DNA from: Ancylonema sp.
Taxonomy: Eukaryota
Assembly (NCBI GenBank): GCA_050230475.1
Contig: JBFLGF010000207.1
Location: 1 to 59,331, forward strand
DNA length: 59,331 nucleotides
Reading direction: 5' to 3'
The notes below the pieces were generated by a model that was given only the letters and a program-made list of their open reading frames with translations, did no database searches and was not told the DNA's origin. Positions 13,046-26,130 of the stretch are shown here, piece by piece. The translations under genes and the position numbers were made by a program. Every line of letters starts with the position of its first letter. Position 1 is the first letter of the stretch.

Positions 13046-16000
13046 TTTCTCGTGCAGCCTCACTCTGCACAGGCACACAAGTGTATACGTCACGTCTGAA
13101 TGCAGTGACGGATTGTCAAAATGTGCTGACGACAGCATATTATGAACCACGAGCCCACTCGTTTACGATTAAAACATTCCCTGTGCTTCTTTTGATGCTT
13201 GCTTTGCCCATCATTGCGGAAATTCATAGCACTCGAACAGCTTAAGATTGTAGACAAAAATTTAGACTCACCTCTACACTGAATAATCAGGAAGAGAGAA
13301 CCTTGGTAGAAGCGCTAGGATCTACTACAATCAAATCGCCCTGCATGCAATGATATCAGCCTCGCATTAACGCAACGAGTTGAGACAATGTGGATCCCAG
13401 AAAACTTTACGCACAACGACTAATTACACGGAGAAACAGTGAAATTCTGACAGCTGCCAGGTTCTTGCATCAGCAGAAGCTTGAATATGTAAATCAGGTT
13501 TGGCAGCATGGTCAGATGGTCAGATGCGGAAATGGTCACCTGCGCCAACGTAAGACTGCCAGCACAACAAAAAACGCGTGGCAACTGAAACCGAATAGAT
13601 TCTTGTCCTGCCATGTGGCGAAATTACAGAGTAAGCTGATGAGTCAGCGCCTGGCGACAGAATCTCGATCCCTTCGCGCCAATGTCCGTCTGTATTGACG
13701 CAGACATGGAACATCCCCGCTGTAAATGTTATTTACAGCATTGTATAATCATCCTGCTGCTGCTGCATCATTACACTCAATCATTCAAGTTTAATGATTC
13801 AACTTCGACGTGTTTCTTTGTGATCTTCCACCTCAATGGAGAGATTCTCTCTACTGTAATTATGTGGAACTTTACATTCTTCACGAACCAAGTTATGGCA
13901 TCTAGGACCTTTAACATTAAGAGAAATCGGGTGCGACCCACGATTTGCTCCAAAACTAACAAATGACCCTTGCATTTAGTGTGGTAAGTGTTTCAGCATT
14001 CTCTCCGAGTACATGTGCAGATGTGTTATCAAGTTTGATTTCATGCCTTGAGAGGTAACGAGGGAAAAAGAGAGGGGTGGGAGGAGATGGTACAAAATAA
14101 GGAATGAGAATGTGTCGTGCCATCCAGCATCGTCTACTCCCACACGGGTAATGACACCGCATTAACGAATCTATCGACACTTGACTTCACATGCGTGTGA
14201 ATACACCAAATAACGAACGGAAAATCACACGTGCCAAATCGCACGTGTGAACTAGTGCACTCTATGCATGCATACCCAGGCCATGTGCCTAACGAAATGA
14301 CTCTCTCCCCATCATCCACACCATCGAGTGCAAGCGCACAACTCGTACATATCTCCCACACCATGTGCAAATTTATTCTGAATTCCCCCCCAAAGGTGAT
14401 GTAAGCTCCCGCGTCCTCAGCTTTGTAAACCAGCCACGCGCGACCAGCGGCTTGTCACCATGACGTGTTAAGGGGCTTGCGTAAAATTTTGCGGAATTGG
14501 GCGTGCCCATCCCAAACTAAAATGTATAACACATGAGTATTCACCCCCCCCCAGATGATCATGATGGAATATGGCGATCAGCCCCTCATCCCATGGGCAC
14601 CGAGGAGGTTAGAAATCACACAACAATTCCCGCTTGACCCAAGGTTTGGGGGAAGTGTTTTCCCTTGCTTTATGATGCCTTAGTGCATCATGAAAGCCGA
14701 AGATCCACCGTAAACCCCACTTCCACTAAATATCCATGTGGTGAAGTGAATGAAAATTCTCTAGTACACAAGAAGAGTGCATTGTGCTACGGCCAAGGCT
14801 GTTGGCACACTAGCTTGCCGTCTAGCGATTGCACGAATACTTCTCGTCCAAGTATTCCGCACGCGTATGACAAACGCAACTACATATCGCTACCTCACGC
14901 AATCATTCATATTGCCCGCACTATGCATCAACGTACATGCGTATATTACTATCAAATGCGCGCGTATGCGACATCATGTACCGCCGCCAACGGATCCGCC
15001 GGGACTCCCTATTCCCTACGACATTAGCAAACCCGTTATATCGCGAAATAACTTACACCACACTTTCCCGTGCATCGGTTCTTGATTGCAACCGGTGGCA
15101 CAACTACCATACATGCATATGATCTTATACCGTCCAAAATATGCCTAAACATGTTTGACAATGTACATTGAACTCAATGCCTGTTTCTCGGGGACCGTAT
15201 GGAATGATACGAGTAAAGAGAAAAGGAAAAGAGATAGGTCAAATGTGAGCTAAGGGATATGCAAAGTCGAAAATGAATTTCATAAGATCGGGTTTCATTC
15301 ATATGCTTTTCGCGCTCAATCAAGTCGCGCATCAAAATTTACGTCGAGAGTGGCGAGGGGAAAGATGTTCTTTGCACAAACTTGGTGCGCTGTTTCAAAC
15401 CTTGAGATAATTTTTGGATTCTTGGAGGGGTTTTTTTTGGGCTTTTTTTTCACACGCGGAGGTAGACAACGAATTTACTCGAGGCCATCCACACACTTTA
15501 CACAAAAAGATTAGCAACGTGAATACTTTTGAATTTCGATGAAATTCTTTGCGGTTGCCACATGTGCACTACACAATTATTGTAATTTAACAGTTGACCC
15601 CTAGCGATTAGTCATTGGAGCATCATTGAGTTGCTTCGGCTCAATTATGATTCGGTGCCAAAATTTATTGCGATAATCGAGATAATGACGATGTTGCGTT
15701 GTCGATGCAGCATTACAACCAAGTTTCAAGCAAATGAAGTTTTTCTACCGTAATATACACCACTTAAGAAATCCGAAAAGGTATCTTTTGCAATATTCCT
15801 AAACCGAAGAACATGAATTGATGACATGTTACCTTGTGTACCACACATGTTCTCAACAAGAATAAGATGCATCCGTCAAGTTGACTCCCCACCTTTGAGG
15901 AGTTGATGAGTTGATGCACAAAATAAAATCAAAAATTAAAAAAATCTCTAAAAAGACTCCAAGGACAACTTACTCATCTAACCTCATCTCTTAAAGTACG

Positions 16001-16063
16001 GACCCACTCACACCTTAAATCATCAATAAAGAATAAACCCTAACGGTACATCACTTTTATCCT

Positions 16064-19000
16064 TTACGGGTAGTCTGCCGTATCCCTATCTTTGCGCATG
16101 AGTGTCCTAAGGGATGATGTCACTTCACCCATTTTCCCTACACACCAAATTTGCACTCACTCTGAATTTGAGCACGACACATCACGTGACTCATCAACAA
16201 GCATCTATTCGTTGCAACAATTTTTGTGATCAGTGTCTAAAGTAAGACCTATACAAGGAACACAAATTTTATTTAATCTTTCTGTTTTAGCACCTTAAAC
16301 CTACTCCACATCGTTCTCGATACATTCGTACGAATGGATCCATGCAAATGCGACACAACGGAGCATCACCATGCCTTAACATACTTCCTCCCTCTCGCTA
16401 GCATCATACATTTACCGCGCCAGAAGTGAATAATCATAACAGCTCAAATGCGTATTGCAATCGGGATGAAATCACGTCAATAATTCCCATACACCATCAA
16501 TATGTTCATTTTCACCGTCAATTTGTTCGATAAATTGTCAATATATCCATTCCATCGTCGATGTGTCTCTCAAACCTTCATTGTGTCCAATAAACCGTCA
16601 CTGTGTCCGACATACCGTCAAATAACGTTACTCACCGTCGCCAACCTGCTTGCCATCCCATTCAACGACAGGATGAACGAGGATGCCGCTCCCAATCACC
16701 ATCATCTCCATCGCAACTCGCGCTTCTGCAACCGGGATGCGAGTGACACGCACCGCCTTGAGGATTGGATGCTCGCCTTGTGTCAAAGACGGGGCGAGCG
16801 CGATGAGGCGCCGAACTGTGCATCCGGATAAAATCTGGCGACACGTGTTCATACCTCCAGGCATCAGTGTACCTCTTTTTTTCTTTAGGAAGGGAGAGGC
16901 GAAGTACATGTTTCCGTATACTCAAGGAGGCATTCTAGTTGAAAAAAAATAACAAGAATGTTGCGGTCCATCACTCCCTCATCCAAAGATATTTCAATTT
17001 CACATCATTTCATTTTTGATCCAACACCACCCACTAAAAAAAAAAACGAAACGATGTTCGAACACTTCCACGCCACCCTTCACGCGAGCAGTTGTTGGGG
17101 GGTGTGAGGGGTCGGTTCCTGGAAAGTACCCGATCGAATTCCGGCACCAGGAGCACCTTGTCGGTGGTCACGAACTGGATGTGTCAGAATGCGTCAGAAA
17201 CGAGTGTCAGAATGCGTCAGAATGCGTCAGAATCGTGTGGAGGAAGGTGGCAGGCCTAGCAACTGGGAGGGAGGTTGAAAATCTTTAGGGACAACTTTTA
17301 GGGAAGAGGGGTATGGATGGCAACACAGATGGATACAGGGTGGTGAGAGATTGACCGCCCCATATTGAGTTCCCTTCAAAATATTGGAGGCGATAACAAA
17401 CGTATCGACTTGAGGAAATTTGAATGCGGTGATGTCGACGATGACAATGATGATGATGACCATCATAATGATTGCAATAACAATGGAGACAATAATAATG
17501 GTGATTGCGAAGATGATGATGACGATGATGACGATAATGATGAAAATGATGATGTTGATGACACATGGATGCGGTTTTGAGTGACGTCTGGGGGGACCAC
17601 CCACACCAGCCACACCGTATAAGCACCTTTCTATGCACTATCCCCGGTGCGTACCGCGACATTCATATTCGGGGCTTCACCGATGAACCCCTCAGAGTCC
17701 ACCCATACCCCCGTATAAGCACCTTTCTGCCGCCCCATTCACGACACCCCCCTCTCTTCAGGCACTTCTCAAGTACTTCTGGTGCGACCTTCGGTCCTGT
17801 TCCGTTTTTTTGTGACGATTAAATACGTGTCCTGTGTCCCCCGCTGACATCACATTGCGGATCCGATCTCGCGAATCTTATCCTCACTATATATACTCGG
17901 GGCACCCCGGTCAGCAATTCAGGTTCACTGCATGTGGTCCCTATCCCTCCTTTCCTCTCTTTCTACCATTTGTAGCCATCGCCCCCGATGGTCACAGACC
18001 GTATGGAACGTGACTAAGTTCTGCCCGCCCCATCCCCCCCACCCCTCCCAACTCCCCCCATCCCCCCCCTCACATCCTCCGCCTCCTTCATGACGAGCGC
18101 GTTGGGGAGGTAGTTGGTGCTCTTCACAGTGGCGAACTAAGGGGGCTTCATAGCCACACTGCTCGTGATCTGACGACGCAGCAAGTGACACGAGTTGGTT
18201 TGTGAAGTCGATACCAGGAGGGCGGGGGAGGGAGGGGTGAGTCGCTCACCACTTTCATACCCTCCCCCTTCGCCTCCTCCTCATCCCCACGCCCGTCATC
18301 GATGACCACTGCGTACAAAGTAGACTCGACACAGCTGCACACCCCGACCCCATCCCAAAAAAAAGAGGCCAAACACGGTTACCTGCGGAATTGGGTTCGA
18401 GTGACAAATGGGTGCGGATGTGAGCCAAGTCATCTGGAAGATTCCTGGAAGATTCCTGGAAGATTCCTGGAAGATTCCTGGAAGATTCCTGGAAGGTTCT
18501 GATACTGAAGGCTGAGCGAAGGTAGGGGGGGAGGTGAGGATGAATGTGAAGGTGCCACTTGTCACTCACTCAGCCATGGAGAGGTTGAAGCTCCCCACAC
18601 CAGCAGATACTGCCAGCTGTCACTCTGCTCACTGCCCCCGAGTCCCCTCCACTCGCCACCTGTCAGCGTCGCCCGCTGGAGCACTCTACGTGGATTGCGT
18701 GCGGCACACAGACAGACCGCTCATGGCAAACGAAATGGTGTCTCTTTTCTCCCCCCCCCCCTGCCACCTGGCGTTTCTCTACTGACTTCTGAATGGCTGG
18801 ACAGTACCCTTTGCCTACGTGGCAGCACCTCCGAGAGCCACCTGGCATTGATCCTCTCACCTCCTGCCAGCTGGAGGATGATGTTGTGGAGCTCTGGTTT
18901 GGTGTACGGAATTTGAATCCGAGCTGAGGCAGCTGACCGGAAGAAGCGGTCGAAGTGGGGGCCCAGCTCGTAGATGTGGCTGGGGGGGATGGGGGGGGGA

Positions 19001-20068
19001 GGGGAGAGGGGGAGGAATATTTTCATCAATTGGGACTGCAATTTAGTCGCACTTTTCATCTTTTCAGGCCCTATCGATGACTCCCCAGTACTTCCGTTGA
19101 GGAAGATGATGAAGATGATGATGATGATGATGATGATGAAGGCAACATCAGCTTTATCGAAGTCCCAAAGATGGCATGGCGGAACAGGACAGAAATGACC
19201 ACAAATTGATCTGCCAGCTAAACAATGGAAACACTGTACTGATATTCCAGAACTTCTCAGAATATACTGACGAAAAGGTTGAAATGGGTTGGACAATGAA
19301 TAACGACAAGACATAAACACAATATAAATAAACATAATTGAATAAATATAATAAAACAAAAATAAAATACAATCATAAGATCGACTACGAGGATTTCGAC
19401 CCACCCTCACCCCCCCCAGATGAGTGCAGTGTCAAAAACGGCGTGCCCCCTATGCACCATGTGGTCATCCATAGGGAGCACTATGGCTGCCGGGTCCGTA
19501 CAGAACCCCCCCACCAAGCTGCTATAGAAAGCTCGGTAGGAGTCTGACGCAGGGTGCAGCTTGCTCTTCAAGCGGGCTGACACCTGGCGGATAGGAATTG
19601 GGGCTGGTGAAGGCTAAGAGGCGTATGACCGACACAAGTGGCAGCTGGAATGCACCGCCAGGTGGCGCCAGGTGGCTGATGTGGAACAAGAACCGCTGCT
19701 GACTTGATTTTTTTATGTTGTATACGTACAGTCGAGACAAATGACTGAAAAATGAAGAAAAATAAAACAGAAAATAATACACATTTATGCCAAAGAAGCA
19801 TATACAGATAGAGAAAAATACAGAAAATCTTGATTTTCTGGCCTTGTGCAAATTTATGGCTCAGTGGTGTGTCGCCAGTCGCTCGTACACAGAGCGACAC
19901 ACCGGCACGGATCAGAATGCGGAGCCACATGGAAGCATGGTTCTCTGCTTTCTCTCCTACTAGTAGAGCGCATGTGTATGTGCTGCCATGTACCGAACTG
20001 CAGAAGTACCTCTTCCTGATTGAAAATCGGGATGGGCACTGGCGCTGGTGTCCCATTGGACGCCTTGT
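16064..20068 (-). pseudogene. Class-IV aminotransferase (D-amino-acid transaminase / 4-amino-4-deoxychorismate lyase-like) with an in-frame TAG; pseudogene, damaged allele or splice-rescued gene
   Basis: Exons 20068-20010, 19583-19411 (AFYSSLVGGFCTDPAAIVLPMDDHMVHRGHAVFDTA), 18979-18861, about 18616-18570, 18334-18250, 18169-18074 (MKPP*FATVKSTNYLPNAL, with the PLP lysine), 17726-17655 (EGFIGEAPNMNVA), 17174-17130, 16834-16636 (ILSGCT...IGSGILVHPVVEWDG) and 16137-16064. The family call is strong; functional status and the 5' exons (up to about 21280) are uncertain. Confidence 0.75.
18435..18495. repeat. 11-bp minisatellite (CTGGAAGATTC)n in an aminotransferase intron
   Basis: Directly visible tandem array. 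Confidence 0.93.
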
Positions 20069-23000
20069 CTAACGCACACAGCAATCGTTGAGAGGATTGG
20101 CGAAAAGGAACACCAGGAGGGCGTGGGAGGATGGGGGGGTGGGGGGATAAAGGGGTGGGGAGTTGGGAAGCATCAGCTCAGGGGAGAAATTAGTGTCAAA
20201 TTGAATGGAGTTCAGTTTGAAAGCCTCTCCCAGATCTTCTGCTGTTCCCGCAATCAGATAAATGACGTCATCAAGATCCTTACGGAGATATTCAGCGTCG
20301 TACGGATTGTTGTCATACAACGCAAAGAGTATATGGGGAAGGGGCTGTAATATGTCACTCGTGTGAGCGACGTATCCGTCACCGGTGCTGTTAAGGTTTT
20401 AACGGTTAACGGCAATAAAGGATGACCGTATGTAACGAAAGCACCTCGTAATGCGAAAATGCCTCGCATTTCGGCCTGCATTTCTTATTTGTTTTTGCGG
20501 ACGGTTCTTTTGCAAATTATTTGTGACGATATTTGGCTTCAATACACTGAAGACGTTACTGTAGGGCGCTACATTGACGTTCCTAACTGAATTTGATGGA
20601 GAGCTGTCCTTACCCGGTGGATCAGAGCCAAGCGGCATCCTGCTCTGGCTTCTCTGCAGGTCAGGTGTTTTTTTAACCGTCAGTTATATTGTGCTGAGGC
20701 AGGAAACTACGAACGCATGCGTGTCTACGCAAGCGTGTGAGAAGGCGTCAGCCTCAACTCGGGGAGCACCTCTTCAGAACCTCCTCCCGGTTGCAGGCTG
20801 CACACACTGGTGGTGATTTCAGCAGCCAGTTATCAGGAACTCGTTGCTTCTGATCGGACACTTCTGTCACGTGGCACGAAGACCAATCAGAGTGCGCAGA
20901 GTATTGCATGAGGGATGTGAAGTAAAAATGAAGGAAAAATTGTCTCCGTTTACGACAAAACACCCATCCGTCTCCATCCACGAAGGATTGTACTTACCAG
21001 CCGTCTACTTGCCGGTGCAAGCTGGGCTCCAGCCGCTAGATCCTGCTACAGCCCATCGTTACTTGTAAGCAATGACCGCCATCCGATTGGTTCGGATTAG
21101 TATCTATCGGGGGTCCTGGCTGGCCGCACAGCGGCCCACCGGGTCACGCCCCGACCAGGTGTATCATTCCCGTTTTGGACGTTCCAACCTACTTGTCTCC
21201 GACGTCTACACGTGTAGCTTGCCTCATGTGTTATGTGACACGTGTTCGACTTCGTGCCGCTGACGCCTGGCCGACATGCTGCAGCAGACTCCCAAAATCA
21301 GCATCCGCAATGCGACCACTGATGTGTTCACTGGAAGCGGAATGACATCTGACTGAAATGAACAGTCGCGTAATTCCCTACGGTATGCGATATGGTATGA
21401 AATCCTAAACACGGACATTTAACATAAGAACTGAATATAAACAGGTTTTTAAGATTAATATCGTGAGCCAATGTCAGCCCTGCCACCCATCATCAAGGTC
21501 CAATCCTCTGCCGGTGTCCAGCTGGCAGTGCGTGAGTGGAAAGCCGACGTGGGAGGTCTAACCGCTTCTAGGCCAGTGGTCGTATTGGTGCATCCGTATT
21601 CGCTGATGGGCGGTTCAGAGGCACTTATGAGGGGGCTGGCGACGTCTATAAGGAAACGGGGATATAGGTATGGACATAAAGGGCGTATTCGAACTCTCNA
21701 GTATGTTTGTATGTATTTATAAAAGTAGGTACGTATGTATGTGCTGCCATGTACCGAACTGCAGAAGTACCTCTTCCTGATTGAAAATCGGGATGGGCAC
21801 TGGCGCTGGTGTCCCATTGGACGCCTTGTCTAACGCACACAGCAATCGTTGAGAGGATTGGCGAAAAGGAACACCAGGAGGGCGTGGGAGGATGGGGGGG
21901 TGGGGGGATAAAGGGGTGGGGAGTTGGGAAGCATCAGCTCAGGGGAGAAATTAGTGTCAAATTGAATGGAGTTCAGTTTGAAAGCCTCTCCCAGATCTTC
22001 TGCTGTTCCCGCAATCAGATAAATGACGTCATCAATATCCTTACGGAGATATTCAGCGTCGTACGGATTGTTGTCATACAACGCAAAGAGTATATGGGGA
22101 AGGGGCTGTAATATGTCACTCGTGTGAGCGACGTATCCGTCACCGGTGCTGTTAAGGTTTTAACGGTTAACGGCAATAAAGGATGACCGTATGTAACGAA
22201 AGCACCTCGTAATGCGAAAATGCCTCGCATTTCGGCCTTGCATTTCTTATTTGTTTTTGCGGACGGTTCTTTTGCAAATTATTTGTGACGATATTTGGCT
22301 TCAATACACTGAAGACGTTACTGTAGGGCGCTACATTGACGTTCCTAACTGAATTTGATGGAGAGCTGTCCTTACCCGGTGGATCAGAGCCAAGCGGCAT
22401 CCTGCTCTGGCTTCTCTGCAGGTCAGGTGTTTTTTTAACCGTCAGTTATATTGTGCTGAGGCAGGAAACTACGAACGCATGCGTGTCTACGCAAGCGTGT
22501 GAGAAGGCGTCAGCCTCAACTCGGGGAGCACCTCTTCAGAACCTCCTCCCGGTTGCAGGCTGCACACACTGGTGGTGATTTCAGCAGCCAGTTATCAGGA
22601 ACTCGTTGCTTCTGATCGGACACTTCTGTCACGTGGCACGAAGACCAATCAGAGTGCGCAGAGTATTGCATGAGGGATGTGAAGTAAAAATGAAGGAAAA
22701 ATTGTCTCCGTTTACGACAAAACACCCATCCGTCTCCATCCACGAAGGATTGTACTTACCAGCCGTCTACTTGCCGGTGCAAGCTGGGCTCCAGCCGCTA
22801 GATCCTGCTACAGCCCATCGTTACTTGTAAGCAATGACCGCCATCCGATTGGTTCGGATTAGTATCTATCGGGGGTCCTGGCTGGCCGCACAGCGGCCCA
22901 CCGGGTCACGCCCCGACCAGGTGTATCATTCCCGTTTTGGACGTTCCAACCTACTTGTCTCCGACGTCTACACGTGTAGCTTGCCTCATGTGTTATGTGA

Positions 23001-23460
23001 CACGTGTTCGACTTCGTGCCGCTGACGCCTGGCCGACATGCTGCAGCAGACTCCCAAAATCAGCATCCGCAATGCGACCACTGATGTGTTCACTGGAAGC
23101 GGAATGACATCTGACTGAAATGAACAGTCGCGTAATTCCCTACGGTATGCGATATGGTATGAAATCCTAAACACGGACATTTAACATAAGAACTGAATAT
23201 AAACAGGTTTTTAAGATTAATATCGTGAGCCAATGTCAGCCCTGCCACCCATCATCAAGGTCCAATCCTCTGCCGGTGTCCAGCTGGCAGTGCGTGAGTG
23301 GAAAGCCGACGTGGGAGGTCTAACCGCTTCTAGGCCAGTGGTCGTATTGGTGCATCCGTATTCGCTGATGGGCGGTTCAGAGGCACTTATGAGGGGGCTG
23401 GCGACGTCTATAAGGAAACGGGGATATAGGTATGGACATAAAGGGCGTATTCGAACTCTC
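19975..23460. repeat. Near-identical direct duplication, 19975-21698 and 21736-23460, joined at an N (21699)
   Basis: Offset 1761-1762 bp; only one substitution and one 1-bp indel were noticed. Probably overlapping contig ends or two haplotypes. Confidence 0.95.
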
Positions 23461-25343
23461 TTTCTGTACCGAATGTGTGCTTGCTACAGGGTAATGAACA
23501 CAGTAACGGGTTTTTAACATGTATCGATCTGTAGATTTAGGGATGCGGCAGCCACAATGCACGAGGTCGCGATGATATATTATGTAATGTTGTGGTTTTG
23601 TGCACACAAGACACAAAACACAAACATAAACACAACAAGTGCTTCACATTGCAACCATGCAAGTGAAATGGTGGATCACGACATCTGCTAGTGGTTCATA
23701 TGACACATAAAAACGAAATATTTACATTTAAACACATAACAATGTGTCTATGATACTCACAACATGCTTAGTCTTACGGATACATATTGATACATATTTA
23801 TACATGTACGCATTGTGTTATATGTGCACATGTTTTATCATACATGCTAACATTGCTATGGATAGAGATTGTTATACCCACGCATGATGTTTGACACATA
23901 ATGAGTTGTATAAGAAAACTTTGTAGTGCACGTTGTGCTAACAATGGCTCTCAGTTGAAGAATATCTCTTACAGTCACATGATTTTCTTGAGGATGCCAC
24001 CAGAATTCTCATCGCAAATTCGTCTTTCGAATTAGTAAATGTGACACTCTGTTCGAATACTCCTCAACTGAAAGAAGTGCTCAAGCCGAATACAGTTTTG
24101 GTTCCAATTCAAGGTTGATGACATACACATACACATCTGAAGCGAAACAACTCCTTAATCGCAATATTTCTCATTGCAGAGTGTGCCTATATAGTCCTAC
24201 GTATATTACAGAATGTTGGGTATGTAAGCATACAATAAATAATACATAATATATAATACATAATATATAATATATAATAATATAGGTATAATACAAGATT
24301 TATCACAAAAATAATTGCTATCGCTCACCGATTGAAAACAACATTGTTCGTTGTACGCAGTTGCATATCTTTTGATTTGAGAGGGGTGGGCGAGTCGAGC
24401 GGCCATTCTTCGCTTCGAGGCGTTTCGGAAGTGGATGATGTTGCCGCTGTTTGTGCGTGGGCGTCAAAGGGGGGTCAACAAAAAATCGTGCTTGTCGGAA
24501 ATTCGGCAGGTTTGGACTTGCATAAGCCACGTGAAGATATGAAGATAGGAAGATATGAGTACCAAAAGTGCGATTGTTTGTGTAAAGTTAGATAGAAAAT
24601 ACAAGTCGATGCTGATAACCGAATTGAGGGAATTGGTGTTTTGTGTATCTCATCCGAAGAGTTCTCTTCAGCACTTTCCGATGTCCATGAGATCATTTTT
24701 TGGTCACGCAAGCCAAATGAGTGCACCCTCAAAATGTCAAAACGCTATGGCATTCGAATTGTTTTTATTTGTAATCGGTGGATAGTCATTTCATATAGCT
24801 GGTAATTTTGATTTGAGCGATGCTCATTTCCGCCTTTGAATATTTAGATGACAATTTTTCACGAAAGTGACTGTCATAAATTCAACGAAATCCTCATCGC
24901 CATCTCTAATTCCCCTCACACGGGTGATTGATAGGCAAAGGGTTTTTTTGATGTTGTTATAATTGTTGTAGTGTTCATTCCATTGTTTCGTCTCCTCCCT
25001 TCTTAAATGTGAAGGTGCCCCTATTGCGGGTTCCGCTCTCGACTCCTCGCCCACTATCATCGGCTACGTGGGAATCGGGTACACTTTTGGGTGGTGGGCA
25101 TCCACTCTCTTTGGGTGCCACAATAAAGCAATCATAGATTCGCCCAAACCCAAGCTGTTCATCATGGGCAACGACGATGGGTTCACTTCACCCAAGCAAC
25201 TCGAAGATGTGGTGAAGCGCAGCAAGGGAGAGACTCGTCGAATTATTGTTCCGGGGGTGGGGCACTTCGAGTTAGAAGCACCACATTATGACGAGTATTT
25301 GGGCGAGAAAATTGTCGAATTTTGCGATAGTTTGCAACATTGA
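23233..25343 (+). CDS. Alpha/beta-hydrolase fold protein, 3 exons (orphan copy of exon 1 at 21471-21667)
   Basis: Exons 23233-23429, 24361-24509 and 25015-25343 are in phase: VLVHPYSLMGG...FDLRGVGESSG...VLVGNSAGAPIAG (GxSxG nucleophile elbow)...KPKLFIMGNDDGFT...GVGHFELE, giving a Ser-Asp-His triad. Confidence 0.93.
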
Positions 25344-25654
25344 GTGATGCAAGCAGAGGGACCATCTCAAACACCTCTCACATCATCTCTCATTCTGTAA
25401 CGAGTCGGTCATAAGTCGTGTATCTCCAAACGCAGGATTACATGAATTCTGGATGCAATCATTTGAATTGACTTTGATCAAGCGGCACGTACGACAAGAT
25501 GAGAAAGGGCACTTCATTCGGGTATGTAGAATCAAGCGTTACCATATGTGTGTAGACAGAGGCGTAGCACAAGCGCAGCTCTAGGATTGTACCATACATC
25601 GATTCCGGTGTCGTATCTATAGGGTAGTCGTGGCTTTTATTCGTTTGTGGGAAG

Positions 25655-26130
25655 TATAGTTGCACACACCGTAGACAGTTTCATAAACCACTGACTTTTA
25701 GACCTAGGTCTACCTTACTTCTCCGATTTTAGACCCGGTTGGGTGACCACCCGATTTCCATGGTTTTTCCTGCAATTGTTTATATGTATGTGTATATGTA
25801 TGTGTATATGTACGTGTATATGTATGTGTATATGTATGTGTATATATATGTGTATATGTATGTGTAAATATATTTTTATATGTATGTGTATATGTATGTA
25901 TGTACGTTGCCGAAAATTGTGGCATGTATGTAGTGATGAGCCCGGCAAATGTTGACATAGTGAAACAGGTGACACACTATTGAATGTCAAAAATATATTA
26001 GAGAGGTCGTGAATTCAGATCCCATGTCCTTTTTCGGGTCAGGGGCATTCACATGTCCATAATTCCCCGCAGCAAAATAAAAACCCTAGCGAACCGCGTT
26101 TAAGACCGCATAAACCGCGGTGTGGACCGA
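25655..26130. mobile_element. Degenerate MITE (AGACC/GGTCT-rich family) with an internal (TATGTG)n microsatellite
   Basis: Begins TATAGTTGCACACACCGTAGAC. Both ends align with 38624-39020, e.g. cttctccgatttt and aaaataaaaa(c/t)cctagc(g/a)aaccgcgttt. Confidence 0.65.

Noticed and set aside
17227..17662. Poly-Ile, poly-His and poly-Asp ORFs
   Set aside because: They are products of a degenerate (GAT/GAC/AAT)n tract inside an aminotransferase intron.
18236..18250. GGTGAG-tcg-CTCACC hairpin over a 5' splice site
   Set aside because: A single 6-bp stem is within chance expectation.
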